Notes under the pieces: generated by a model
The model's input: only the letters and a program-made list of their open reading frames with translations
Databases searched by the model: none
What the model was told of the DNA's origin: nothing
Shown here: piece after piece, positions 9,721 to 19,288 of the stretch
How positions within the stretch are numbered: the stretch's first letter is position 1
Layout: every line of letters starts with the position of its first letter
Origin: Candidatus Bathyarchaeia archaeon
GTDB taxonomy: Archaea; Thermoproteota; Bathyarchaeia; TCS64
Direction of reading: 5' to 3'
Assembly (NCBI GenBank): GCA_050014495.1
Contig: JBEKDF010000032.1
Location: 1-31,824 of the forward strand
Length of the DNA stretch: 31,824 bases
Position numbers and translations under genes: made by a program

Positions 9721-10938
9721 TCAAGACGGCCAACAATCCTTCATCATCCTGAGCGCGTTGAGGCCCATGACCTTTGCGATCTCACCATCAGAGTAGCCAT
9801 CCCTGATTAACCCTTTCGCGATATTGATGAACTCACCTGGGTTCTCAAGGCCCTGTACATGGGGATGCTCGGGAGGCGTCTTCGCACGCATCTCGTAGAA
9901 GTCAAGTCTCGGTGGAATGTCAGCCCTGCGTTGACGCGAGTCGCTGGGCCTCGGGCGACGACTCTCCCCGCTCTCCTTGTACATCAGCGCGTGATCCCCG
10001 TAGAAGGTGTCGGGGCCACCTCCCACGTGGTCCACTCCCAGCAAATCGATCAGATACTTGATGTGGTCCAGTGTGCATTCTATCGTCGCCTCAGGGTGGT
10101 TCTTCGTTCTGGGAGCGAAGCCCGCTGCCTCGACTCCAACGAGGCCTCCCCTCTCAGCGATGGCTTGAAGGACTGGATCAGGTAGCATCCTCTTGTTATA
10201 CATTAAGGCCCTGGAGCCAACGTGGCTAGCCATTATGGGCTTCTGGCTCCCCTCTGCAGCATCCTTCGCAGTCAGGTCACTACAGTGAGCAACATCAACG
10301 ATTATGCCAAGCTTGTTCATCCTTCTAACGACGTCGAAGCCAAAGTCGGTCAGGCCACCATCCTCATGCTCGTCCCCTCCTGTACCCACCGAGTTGGAGT
10401 AGCTGTAGACCAATCCACATGCTCTAAGCCCAAGGCCGAAGTAGAGATCCACCATATCGATGTTGTATCCTATGCCGTTAAGATGCTCAAACGAAAGAGC
10501 CACGGCGACTCTTCCTTCTCTATGAGCTCTTACAACGTCGTCGACCTTCAAGGCTGGTATGACCAGGCTCTGATGTGCGTAGTCAGCCTGGCTCATACCG
10601 AGAAAGTTGAGTGATGAATCGGGGCCTGGGTGCGTCAAGCCACCGTTGCTTATTACTGCGTCGAGGCCGGAATATGCGAGGCCCTCGTAGGCCTGAAAAA
10701 CCCGAGTCCTCGGACGACTTATACCCTCCATCGGGAAGACGTTAAGGTGTTCATGAATGTCGATTATCATGTTCTTCTCGATGAGCTCTTGAAAGCGTTC
10801 CTCCTGCGATTTGGACAGTTTAAAGTCATATTCGGGGAACCTGCTCAGCTGCGATTCGAGTGGGTATTGCTCGTAGTCCACCCCGGGTTCGAGGAAACTC
10901 CACGACTTGTAATCATCCCACTTCTTACTCTTGTTCAT
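9721..10938 (-). CDS. Membrane dipeptidase-like, peptidase family M19
   Basis: IDIHEH, DGGLTDFG..VVRRMNKLGIIVDVAH, ASH, GVDHVGGGPD, KVMGLNALR. Confidence 0.9.
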   Translation of the reverse strand: MNKSKKWDDYKSWSFLEPGVDYEQYPLESQLSRFPEYDFKLSKSQEERFQELIEKNMIIDIHEHLNVFPMEGISRPRTRVFQAYEGLAYSGLDAVISNGGLTHPGPDSSLNFLGMSQADYAHQSLVIPALKVDDVVRAHREGRVAVALSFEHLNGIGYNIDMVDLYFGLGLRACGLVYSYSNSVGTGGDEHEDGGLTDFGFDVVRRMNKLGIIVDVAHCSDLTAKDAAEGSQKPIMASHVGSRALMYNKRMLPDPVLQAIAERGGLVGVEAAGFAPRTKNHPEATIECTLDHIKYLIDLLGVDHVGGGPDTFYGDHALMYKESGESRRPRPSDSRQRRADIPPRLDFYEMRAKTPPEHPHVQGLENPGEFINIAKGLIRDGYSDGEIAKVMGLNALRMMKDCWPS

Positions 10939-11111
10939 ATCCCTATTTTATTATCTATAATTCAATATAAAGTGCAGGACTAGACAAATGTGTTCGCGAC
11001 GATTCATATGATCAGATTAGTGTGGCACAGTATCAGGCTTCGCTTGATGAGAGGGCCTATTCCATCGCGGAGAGCTTTCTACATCTATTTTGCGCGCGCT
11101 TGGTATAGTTT

Positions 11112-11966
11112 CTAGGGTCGCTTGTGGAGCGCCCAGTTGGGCCTCCAATCAACGTGTTGTAGAATATACTTCTCAGTTGATATTAGGGGGCGGTAATCGA
11201 ATCCTCCTGGCCTGAGGTCCTGCTGGCAGAAGGCCCAAGCTGAGCCGAACATCGGGAACACGACTCTGCCGATCTTGGAGGGCTCACCCTGACTCATCAG
11301 CTTGAACGGCACCTTCAGCCTCTCGCTCAGCGCAACGTTCGCCTTCAGGGTATCGCTGAGATCGTACAACGAATCGTTCCAGACAACTATCTTAACCAGG
11401 TCCGCGCCGCGTCTAACCAGCTCCTCGCCAACCCTAAGCACGCCCTCGGTGGTCGTTCGGATGAGTAAGTGTGCGGATAGGAGTACCTCGCCCCCCATTG
11501 AGTGAACCTTATCGATGACCTCCATCTGCTTACGCGTCGCCTCCTCGTCGAAGCTGCACTCGCGTGGGAGATCCGATTGGTTAATCGAGATGCCCCTCAG
11601 CCTGGTGAGCTCCCTCTCAATCCTCTCCTTTTGCCATAGCCGCCACGGGTCGAATGTGTCCATCTCCATGTCGAGGCAAGCTGCGCCAGCCTCAACGGAT
11701 TTTAGCATGAGGTTCACCCTGTCCTCATCGCTCTCAGCCGATGTTGGTCTCCTTCTGTTTGTTACCCAGACGGGCTTGGTTGTGGAGGAGACGACCTCCC
11801 GTATCTCCTTCAGCGTCGGAGGGTATCCCTTGAATCCCTGCAGTTCAAGTTGAAACCCGTCTGCGCCGTCGAACTCTCCCAGCTTCATTGATCGGACGCA
11901 GTGTGAGACGTCGTCATCCGAGATCACCCCAACTATGAATGGCCGTGGAAGCTCCGTGAACTTCAA
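11112..11966 (-). CDS. Type I 3-dehydroquinate dehydratase-like protein
   Basis: TNRR, LLSAH, GADLVKIV (Schiff-base Lys) and MSQGEPSKIGRV resemble AroD motifs; contains an insertion. Confidence 0.65.
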   Translation of the reverse strand: MKFTELPRPFIVGVISDDDVSHCVRSMKLGEFDGADGFQLELQGFKGYPPTLKEIREVVSSTTKPVWVTNRRRPTSAESDEDRVNLMLKSVEAGAACLDMEMDTFDPWRLWQKERIERELTRLRGISINQSDLPRECSFDEEATRKQMEVIDKVHSMGGEVLLSAHLLIRTTTEGVLRVGEELVRRGADLVKIVVWNDSLYDLSDTLKANVALSERLKVPFKLMSQGEPSKIGRVVFPMFGSAWAFCQQDLRPGGFDYRPLISTEKYILQHVDWRPNWALHKRP

Positions 11967-12318
11967 ACTTGACCCCTTCCTAAATATCCTAGAGAGTGGA
12001 TAAAAGACTGCATTAATTACTTTAGTGTTAACGATTTTTTTACCAGCGCGTGTATCAATGACAAAAAATAAACCATTTTTCCATGCGCGCGCTTCGTGGG
12101 TGGTAAGAAGAAACCATCAGACAAGCTTGGAGAAAAACCATGAATATGTTTAGAGGTGTTCCGGTTTTTAAGGCGATGAAGCTCGCCTTCAATTGTATGC
12201 GCGCGCTTATCTCATTGTCTATGTTAATTTGATCGGTACGCACATAACCAAGCATCGCGCGCGGTTTCCTTAGCTTTAAGGTGTAGCCTTTCACAACCCT
12301 ATCTATGCTTGGGGTCTC

Positions 12319-12918
12319 ATGAAATTGAGTAATACACCTGGTTACTATGATAAGAGAGGCGAGTTTTGGAGGAAGCACTTCGAAGCCGGTCTCGAGCTTG
12401 AGTCCTTCATCAAATCAGGAAAACCCGAGGAGGTTGTTAATTGGAGGGAGCGGGCTGAGAGAATCCCGGACCTCACACCCGAGCAGAGGGCTCGGTTGGA
12501 AGGTTATGACAGGGAATTAAACATCTTGATGTATGCTGGTACATGGTGTGGAGATTGTTCTCGGCAGGCGCCGATGCTTAAGAAGATAGCTGATGCTGCC
12601 GGTGATAAGGTGAAGCTGAGACTTGTTGAGAGGGAATCCTCTAAGGAGCTACAGGATGAGTTGAGACTAGTTGGCGGGTTGCGGGTGCCTGTTGTCGTCT
12701 TCTTGACGGAGGACTTCTGGGAGGTGGGTCGCTTCGGGGAGCGACTTCTTCACGTTTATCGTTCGAAGGCGGCTAGGGAGATTGGGCGGGGCTCAGATGA
12801 GGGTGTGCTTAGTCCTGGTGCCCTCGAGAAGGAGATGTCGGATTGGCTTGACATCTTCGAGAGGATGCTTCTTATGGTCCGGTTATCTCCTCCTCTTAGA
12901 AAGAGACATGGCGATTAG
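12319..12918 (+). CDS. Thioredoxin-family protein (WCGDC type)
   Basis: AGTWCGDCSRQAP and RVPVVVFL..DFWEVGRFGER. Confidence 0.8.
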   Translation: MKLSNTPGYYDKRGEFWRKHFEAGLELESFIKSGKPEEVVNWRERAERIPDLTPEQRARLEGYDRELNILMYAGTWCGDCSRQAPMLKKIADAAGDKVKLRLVERESSKELQDELRLVGGLRVPVVVFLTEDFWEVGRFGERLLHVYRSKAAREIGRGSDEGVLSPGALEKEMSDWLDIFERMLLMVRLSPPLRKRHGD

Positions 12919-13039
12919 GTAGTTGGTTGTGCGCTTGCTCGTCTACAGGTTCCTTTTCTAGCCGCAATATAATGAAGGTGCACGCGCGCGCAAGTTTTAT
13001 GTATACACAAATTCTAGAGCAATAATAGCAACCGAATTC

Positions 13040-13651
13040 GTGGTGGTGGTAGAGTTAATGAGTAAAATGACAATCATCTCTGTGATAGCGCTGGGAATTA
13101 TCGTGGGGGCGGTGCTGGCATTCATCACTGGAGGCTTTCTCACTTACTATGAGGCACACTCCATGTTTACGACTGTCAATGGCTGGAGCACCAGCTTGAA
13201 TTATGGTGAATGGGGTAACAACATTCTCTTACGAGCAGCGTTTGCCCAAGTCCTTACCGCCGCTAACGTGCCAGCGGAGGCAGTTTACTGGTCAACAACC
13301 GTGGACAGCACGGGTAGCCATCTGAACGGAACACATGACTATATAATGCACTTCCCCGCCGGAGGGCTCCCTCCCAACGATGCCTTCTGGTCGTTGACAA
13401 TGACCGACTTAAAGAGTTACATGGTGAACAATTCGATAAACCGTTATAATGTCGGTTCATTGTCGAACCTTGTACCGAACGCCGATGGGTCCATTGACAT
13501 ATACATACAAAACGCACCTCCATCCGGCAACGAGTCCAACTGGCTGCCGGCGCCCTCAGGCGACTTCAAGCTGTGGCTGCGCGCCTACCTGCCCGGCCCA
13601 GCAATCCTGAATGGTGAATACCAGGTGCCGCCCGTTGTGGAGATGAGCTGA
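13040..13651 (+). CDS. DUF1214 domain protein with N-terminal membrane anchor (start may be 13058)
   Basis: EAVYW, LPPNDAFWSLTM, NADGSIDIYIQ, ESNWLPAP, LRAYLP. Confidence 0.85.
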   Translation: MVVVELMSKMTIISVIALGIIVGAVLAFITGGFLTYYEAHSMFTTVNGWSTSLNYGEWGNNILLRAAFAQVLTAANVPAEAVYWSTTVDSTGSHLNGTHDYIMHFPAGGLPPNDAFWSLTMTDLKSYMVNNSINRYNVGSLSNLVPNADGSIDIYIQNAPPSGNESNWLPAPSGDFKLWLRAYLPGPAILNGEYQVPPVVEMS

Positions 13652-14226
13652 TGCCGAATATTAAACACAAGCAACTGCTCATGTTCGCCTTGATAGTGCT
13701 CGTAGTGTGGGGAGTAGGCACCGTCGCCTACATCTACTATTATCCGCATCTAATTTACGACGCGTGGGATAAGGCGATAGTCAATAACGGCGACGGGGCA
13801 ACGGCAAATTCCTCCGGCATTCCCGTTAATACGCTCTACACGTTGCCCACCCTCGCTTCCCCATCTACACACAACAATTTGGCAGGAGGAAACCACGACA
13901 CGCTCTACACCTTGGGTGTGCTTGATCTGAGCAAAGGGCCGCAGGTTTTGCACGTGCCGAACATGGATGGACGATACTACAGTATCGAGTTCGTCGACCC
14001 TTGGGGTGACGCCTCCTATGTCGGCCAACGCACCACCGGTACTCAGGCGGGTGACTATCTCATCAGCGGACCAGGCTGGAAGGGGAATCTACCCATGGAA
14101 ATGACGCAGATAGCCTTTTCGGACAATTCAGTGCTCATCATCGGAAGGGTGCTCGTGTATAATGATAGCGACCTGACGACCGCCTATAACCTTTCGAAAC
14201 TGATACAGCTCACGCCACTGACATAA
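13651..14226 (+). CDS. DUF1254 domain protein with N-terminal membrane anchor
   Basis: NHDTLY, LDLSKGPQVLHVP..GRYYS, G.RTTGT.AGDYLI.GPGWKG; TGATG coupling to the upstream gene. Confidence 0.85.
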   Translation: MPNIKHKQLLMFALIVLVVWGVGTVAYIYYYPHLIYDAWDKAIVNNGDGATANSSGIPVNTLYTLPTLASPSTHNNLAGGNHDTLYTLGVLDLSKGPQVLHVPNMDGRYYSIEFVDPWGDASYVGQRTTGTQAGDYLISGPGWKGNLPMEMTQIAFSDNSVLIIGRVLVYNDSDLTTAYNLSKLIQLTPLT

Positions 14227-14427
14227 CTGATTAATGCGCGCGCGAAGAATGATGAGGAAACGATAATATGTACCGCCAAAGCCTTTGGTAGAAGGGCTCT
14301 CTCCTCTTGTGAATATTACCTAATAGTTGGTTGCTGTGTCCGTCTGTCTGTTTGTCTTAGAGAGTATAGGAGAGAGTGTAGAGGAGAGAGTTGGTTATTG
14401 AGTTAGGCGTAGTTAATAGCAGGGTTT

Positions 14428-14460
14428 GGGTTTGGGGCCATAATCTTATCCCCCAAACCC
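14428..14460. repeat. Hairpin with 10-bp stem whose loop is the CCATAATCTTATC core motif
   Basis: GGGTTTGGGG (14428-14437) pairs with CCCCAAACCC (14451-14460). Confidence 0.65.
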
Positions 14461-14615
14461 CAGAAAATCCTACTGGAGACAACGGGTACCCGATTTGAGA
14501 CTTGCCTGAAATGAGCTGATTATTCAACTATTCAGATAGAAGTGTAAGAGATACAGTGAGGAAAGCAACAAGGTCTATATATTCTAATGAATATTCTTGT
14601 CAAAGAGTGATTTTT

Positions 14616-16364
14616 ATGCGGTTTAAGATAGGGGTATTCCTCATACTCTGCCTCTACACATCAACGATCTTCGCCGGTGCCGTATCAGCGGACGATTGGC
14701 CGATCGTCCGCCATGATCCAAGCCACACAGGCTACACAACAGATGGCGGCTCCCCCTCAAACAGCACCGTCTGGAGCTACACCACAGGCGCCAGTATAGG
14801 ATCCTCCCCCGTAATCTCGGGCGGCTACGTCTACTTCGGCTCAGCAGACAACAACATCTACTGCCTCAACGCACAAACAGGCTCAAAGGTGTGGAACTAC
14901 ACCATCGGCAAAGGCACATCCACCAGCGGTGGTTCATACACACCCGCCGTCTCAGGTGGCTACATCTATGTAGGCTCCAATGATCATAACGTCTACTGCC
15001 TCAACGCACAGACCGGCGCCAAGGTGTGGAGCTACCCAACTGGTGGCACCGTTTACACCCCAGTCGTCTCAGACGGCAACGTCTACGTCGGCTCCAATGA
15101 TCATGACCTCTACTGCCTCAACGCACAGACCGGCGCCAAGGTGTGGAACGACACCGCCGGCAGCTGGGTCTTCGTCCCCGCCATCTCCGGCGGCAACGTA
15201 TACGTCGGCTCCGCAGACAAAAACGTCTACTGCGTCAACGCGCAGACAGGTGCATTGGTGTGGAGCTACCTAACCGGCAGTTATGTACTATCCTCACCCG
15301 CAGTCGCTGGAGGATACGTCTACGTCGGCTCCGATGACCATAATGTCTACTGCCTAAACGCACAGACGGGAGCCAAGGTTTGGAGCTACACAGCCAAAGC
15401 CAATGTAATCTCCTCACCAGCCGTCGCAGGTGGCAACATCTACATCGGCTCTGATGACCATCACGTCTACTGCCTGAACGCCCAAACAGGCGCTATGGTG
15501 TGGAACTACACAGCCGGCAGCAACGTGTACTCCTCACCAGCAGTCGCAGGCAACTACGTCTACTTCGGCTCCTTAGACCATAAAATCTATTGCCTCAACG
15601 CACAGACTGGCGTTAAGGTTTGGAGTTACACCACCGGCGGCCAAGTGTCCTCCTCACCCGCAGTCTCAGGCAGCGTCGTCTACGTCGGCTCAGATGACCA
15701 TAAGGTCTACGCCTTCGGCGCGACCACCGGCGGGATCAAGGTAATGGTCGCTGACAATAATGGCAACCCAATAGTTGGTGCGAGTGTATCATCAACAAGC
15801 ACACCAAACGGACAAGCTGCTCTAAGCGGAGTGACGGGGTCAGATGGGTCCAGCTCGTTCACGGGCGTAACCCCAGGCTCATACACATTCCAGGTCACAA
15901 TGAGCGGCTACGTGACGAACACGGGAACCACGAGTGTATCAGTAGGGAGCACTGCCAACCTGTCGATCACTCTTCAGACCCAACCCACCATTACCACAGG
16001 TGGAATCAAGGTCACGGTCCTTGATAGCGGTGGCAAACCCATAGTGGGGGCAAGTGTATCCTCAACGAGCACGCCAAACGGCCAAGCTGCTCTGAGCGGA
16101 GTCTCCGGGTCGGATGGATCCGTTACATTCAACGGCGTCGCTGCGGGTAGCTATACTCTCCAAGCGAGCATGAGCGGCTACGTTACCAGCTCCGGATCCG
16201 CCACCGTTGCAGCCGGCAGCGTGATCACCTCATCATTAACCCTTCAGACTCAGTCCACCGGAGGCTCATCCTCTGGGGGAGTGCCCGGTTACACATATGA
16301 AGAGATCATGGCTGGAATCTTCATAGGTATCTTAGTGATCATATGGCTGCGGAGAAGACAATAA
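14616..16364 (+). CDS. Secreted PQQ-like beta-propeller repeat surface protein with two carboxypeptidase-regulatory-like domains and a VPGY C-terminal anchor
   Basis: Signal peptide; about 8 repeats of SSPAV.GG.VYVGS.DHNVYCLNAQTGAKVWSY; two GGIKV.V.D..G.PIVGASV repeats; ends GGVPGYTYEE-TM-RRRQ. Confidence 0.9.
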   Translation: MRFKIGVFLILCLYTSTIFAGAVSADDWPIVRHDPSHTGYTTDGGSPSNSTVWSYTTGASIGSSPVISGGYVYFGSADNNIYCLNAQTGSKVWNYTIGKGTSTSGGSYTPAVSGGYIYVGSNDHNVYCLNAQTGAKVWSYPTGGTVYTPVVSDGNVYVGSNDHDLYCLNAQTGAKVWNDTAGSWVFVPAISGGNVYVGSADKNVYCVNAQTGALVWSYLTGSYVLSSPAVAGGYVYVGSDDHNVYCLNAQTGAKVWSYTAKANVISSPAVAGGNIYIGSDDHHVYCLNAQTGAMVWNYTAGSNVYSSPAVAGNYVYFGSLDHKIYCLNAQTGVKVWSYTTGGQVSSSPAVSGSVVYVGSDDHKVYAFGATTGGIKVMVADNNGNPIVGASVSSTSTPNGQAALSGVTGSDGSSSFTGVTPGSYTFQVTMSGYVTNTGTTSVSVGSTANLSITLQTQPTITTGGIKVTVLDSGGKPIVGASVSSTSTPNGQAALSGVSGSDGSVTFNGVAAGSYTLQASMSGYVTSSGSATVAAGSVITSSLTLQTQSTGGSSSGGVPGYTYEEIMAGIFIGILVIIWLRRRQ

Positions 16365-16383
16365 AGACATCTTTGTGCGCGCG

Positions 16384-16604
16384 ATGTAGTCGGTCTGGAG
16401 CCGCTCCAGGGAAGTCTTCAGATAATGATCAAAATCCCCGCTGCTTCGGACCAGAAAGGTGGGAAGCTTGGTGGCGATCCTAACCCGCTTTCGATACTCA
16501 TCCTTCAACACGATCCAAATTATCTTCTCGCTGTCGCCGAGATGATGCATCCAGGTCGAGTCAAGATAATTTATGCCAAGATCTATTCCGTGATGTATGA
16601 TCGT
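16384..16604 (-). pseudogene. Internal fragment of an aldo/keto reductase
   Basis: IIHHGIDLGINYLDSTWMHHLGDSEKIIWIVLKDEYRKRVRIATKLP...LKTSLERLQTDYI matches the AKR pattern GINY.DTA..Y...SE...ATK...SL.RL.TDYID; both ends abut (CG)n tracts. Confidence 0.85.
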
Positions 16605-16703
16605 CGCGCGCGCTGACTTCCATTCTAGAGACTGTATCATTATTGGAACCTATCTCGGTTTAATACTACTCGTTAGAACAGCTCAAAGTTTGCGAACGAA
16701 CGC

Positions 16704-16793
16704 TTAGAATATGTCAACAATTCTAGGAGTCCAACTCTTGCTTTCTCCCCTAAGATACATCGCGAACAATAATGCCTCCTCGTTGATCAGCGT
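16704..16793 (-). pseudogene. C-terminal remnant, probably of an archaeal solo Cas1
   Basis: TLINEEALLFAMYLRGESKSWTPRIVDIF*. Resembles from memory the C-terminus of archaeal solo Cas1 proteins; not searched. Starts at tract 16794-16803. Confidence 0.5.
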
Positions 16794-17092
16794 GCGCGCG
16801 CGCCGGAGATTGCAGGGCTCTGTTCAATGTAATAATCCATTTGACATTGTATTCTTCTGACTGAGCCTAGTTCAGCTGTCTGCTCAAGGAATCAGCTCCT
16901 TCTGTAAGAGCTGGAGAGTGCATCTCAGTTTTCCGAGATGAAAGATTCCTGAGTGCAACGTATCCTCTCAAATCGAGAAAACATAATCGTCTCTACGAGA
17001 TTCCGTGCACAAATTGATTGCTTAAAGGCGCACGCTTGTATGTATCGCTCACAAAAAGCTACAAATGATCTACCAAATACGCAACTAAGGCG

Positions 17093-17656
17093 TCATTTTA
17101 ATAGCTTTTTCCCTACACTGAACGCCTTCTCGAACTCCTGGCCAGACCCCATGTATACAGCCGCCGGGCTTTCTATCAGGGAGAACTGTTCAGTCTTAGG
17201 GACGTCCAACTTCCCATTAGTCAAATATTTTTCATCGGCGTAAGCCGTGACGACCTCCCCGATGAAGAGCCGTGAGTCGGGCAACTCGACCGTCTCCTTC
17301 AACTTTAGCTCAAGGCACACCGGGCACTCGCCGACCATAGGCGCCTTGAACTCCCCGTACTCGACCTTAAAAACTCCCGATTTGTCCGTCTTCCTACCCG
17401 AGACCATGCCACAGTAATCAGTCTTCTCCACGAGGCTCTTACACGGGAAATTGATGCTGAAGACCTTGTTCTCCTTGATACCCTCTGCGGTGTACCGTGG
17501 ATTCTCCAGCGATACCATAAACATCGGGGGATTGACGTTGACCTTGGAGAACCACGCCGCCGTCATGAACGTAGGTTTTCCCTTCACATTTGCCCCAACC
17601 AGGCATACGGGCATGGGGTATGCCTGTGTGTTTGCCTCGATCTTTACCTTAGCCAT
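17093..17656 (-). CDS. Flavin reductase family protein (flavoredoxin-like)
   Basis: YPMPVCLVGA, FSINFP, DYCGMVSGRKTDK, APMVGECPVCLE, LFIGEVV; start placed at MAKVK. Confidence 0.88.
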   Translation of the reverse strand: MAKVKIEANTQAYPMPVCLVGANVKGKPTFMTAAWFSKVNVNPPMFMVSLENPRYTAEGIKENKVFSINFPCKSLVEKTDYCGMVSGRKTDKSGVFKVEYGEFKAPMVGECPVCLELKLKETVELPDSRLFIGEVVTAYADEKYLTNGKLDVPKTEQFSLIESPAAVYMGSGQEFEKAFSVGKKLLK

Positions 17657-17789
17657 TTCATATGATGCCTCCACAGTCTGTTGCGATGAAGCTTCCTTCA
17701 CTCACAGTAGTGTAAATTTGGAAGTATTTAAACGGGAAAGGGTAAAGCATTACAGTTGGTGTAGCGATGGGAAGCGACACGCTTGATAT

Positions 17790-18098
17790 TTGTCTGGGCT
17801 CCGGGAGTGCTCTGATCCAATGCTGGGAAGTAGGGGGACATTGGATATATTATGCGTTTTCAGCTGTGGGACAAAGACTGTACGCTTTAATCAGCTGAAC
17901 AGTCTGCTTGGGCACATAAGCACCAAGACGCTGGCATCTAGGCTTAAGGAGTTGGAGAAAAACGGTATACTTAGGCGAACAGCTTACAATGAGATACCTC
18001 CAAGGGGGGAGTACTCGATAACGGAGAAGGGGCAAAATCTCACCGAGGTACTGGTACCACTGGTGCTGTGGGTGGAGAAGTGGGCTGAGAAAGAATAA
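17790..18098 (+). CDS. HxlR-family winged-helix regulator
   Basis: RFNQL...ISTKTLASRLKELEKNG...YNEIPPRGEYSITEKG; divergent from the flavin reductase. Confidence 0.88.
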   Translation: MSGLRECSDPMLGSRGTLDILCVFSCGTKTVRFNQLNSLLGHISTKTLASRLKELEKNGILRRTAYNEIPPRGEYSITEKGQNLTEVLVPLVLWVEKWAEKE

Positions 18099-18263
18099 GC
18101 TGTAGGCGAACTAGTCTCGCTTCCCATTCAGGATAGTAGCTATTCTTAACCTACTCGCACCGATGAAACCATTTTACGAAAATTTACCTTTCATAGTCTT
18201 CTCATCTGCATGCTCGAGTTCCATCAACTTAAGAAAATCTTATCCCAAAGTTATTTTTGGTAG

Positions 18264-18309
18264 AAGCCTCATCTTATGCGCGCTCAAACTTATCCTCACT
18301 ACCACTTGA
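18264..18309 (+). repeat. Composite motif (CCTCATCTTATGCGCGC + CTTATCCTCACTACCACTTGA)
   Basis: Same two-part arrangement as 19864-19905. Confidence 0.7.
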
Positions 18310-18383
18310 ATGCGCATGCTACCTGCAGAGTTTGCATAAAAAGAGATTCCTATAAAACCCACCTCTCATAAGCATAGAAGATT

Positions 18384-19196
18384 ATGGGTGAACGCTTGGA
18401 GGCTCTCGAATTGATAGACACACATTGTCATCTTGAACAGTCAGTTTACGACGAAGACAGGGAGGACCTCATAGCAAAGTGCAGGAAACAAATGTCCGCA
18501 GTCATCACTGATGCGCCTGATCCCCAGCATTTCGGCATCACCTTCGACATGGTGAGCAAACACCCAGGCTTCCTATTCGCAATGGGAGGCATTCACCCCG
18601 AATACGTGGACAAATTCACCGATAATGCCGTCGATGAAGCATTCAACACACTCAGGGAAAATAGGCATAACCTGGTTGGCATCGGTGAGACGGGCCTAGA
18701 CTACGCCTACATCCGCGGCGAGGCGGAGAGGGAGGAGCAGAGGCGACTATTCACCAGATTCATAGATCTGGGCAGGGAACTAGGCCTCCCCATAGTCGCC
18801 CACCTGCGCAACGGCGGAGATGAGACTGATGTCTTTGACGACGCCTTCGAGATACTGAGAGGTAAGGACGCTCGAAGGGTGCAGCTCCACATGTTCGGGT
18901 GCAGGCGACTCGTAGATGAGGCCATAGGACTCGGGTATTACATCTCTATGAACGCCATTGTGCTGCACAGTAAGACCTATCAGAAGGTGGTGCGCGACGT
19001 GCCGCTGGAGAGGCTGATGCTGGAGACTGACGCCCCGTGGCTTCACCCAACTCTCGACAAGGAGAAGCGAAACGACCCCACACATGTCCGTGAGGTCGCT
19101 GAGAAGATAGCGGAGATAAAGAAGATACCTGTGGAGAAGGTGATCGACTCCACGTCGAGAAATGCAGTGGATTTCTACGACCTAAAACTCCGCTAA
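18384..19196 (+). CDS. tatD: TatD family hydrolase
   Basis: IDTHCHL, GIHP, GIGETGLDY, LETDAPW. Confidence 0.93.
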   Translation: MGERLEALELIDTHCHLEQSVYDEDREDLIAKCRKQMSAVITDAPDPQHFGITFDMVSKHPGFLFAMGGIHPEYVDKFTDNAVDEAFNTLRENRHNLVGIGETGLDYAYIRGEAEREEQRRLFTRFIDLGRELGLPIVAHLRNGGDETDVFDDAFEILRGKDARRVQLHMFGCRRLVDEAIGLGYYISMNAIVLHSKTYQKVVRDVPLERLMLETDAPWLHPTLDKEKRNDPTHVREVAEKIAEIKKIPVEKVIDSTSRNAVDFYDLKLR

Positions 19197-19288
19197 ATAT
19201 GTGGCTACGTGTTCTAGTCGTTAGAACTGGTTAAGTAGTCCTGATCTGAGTCTGCACGCTTTGTGGTATGCATTTTGGAGTAGCGTTT

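Noticed and set aside
14780..15720. Tandem nucleotide repeats of about 120 bp
   Set aside because: Explained by the coding beta-propeller repeats of the PQQ-like protein.
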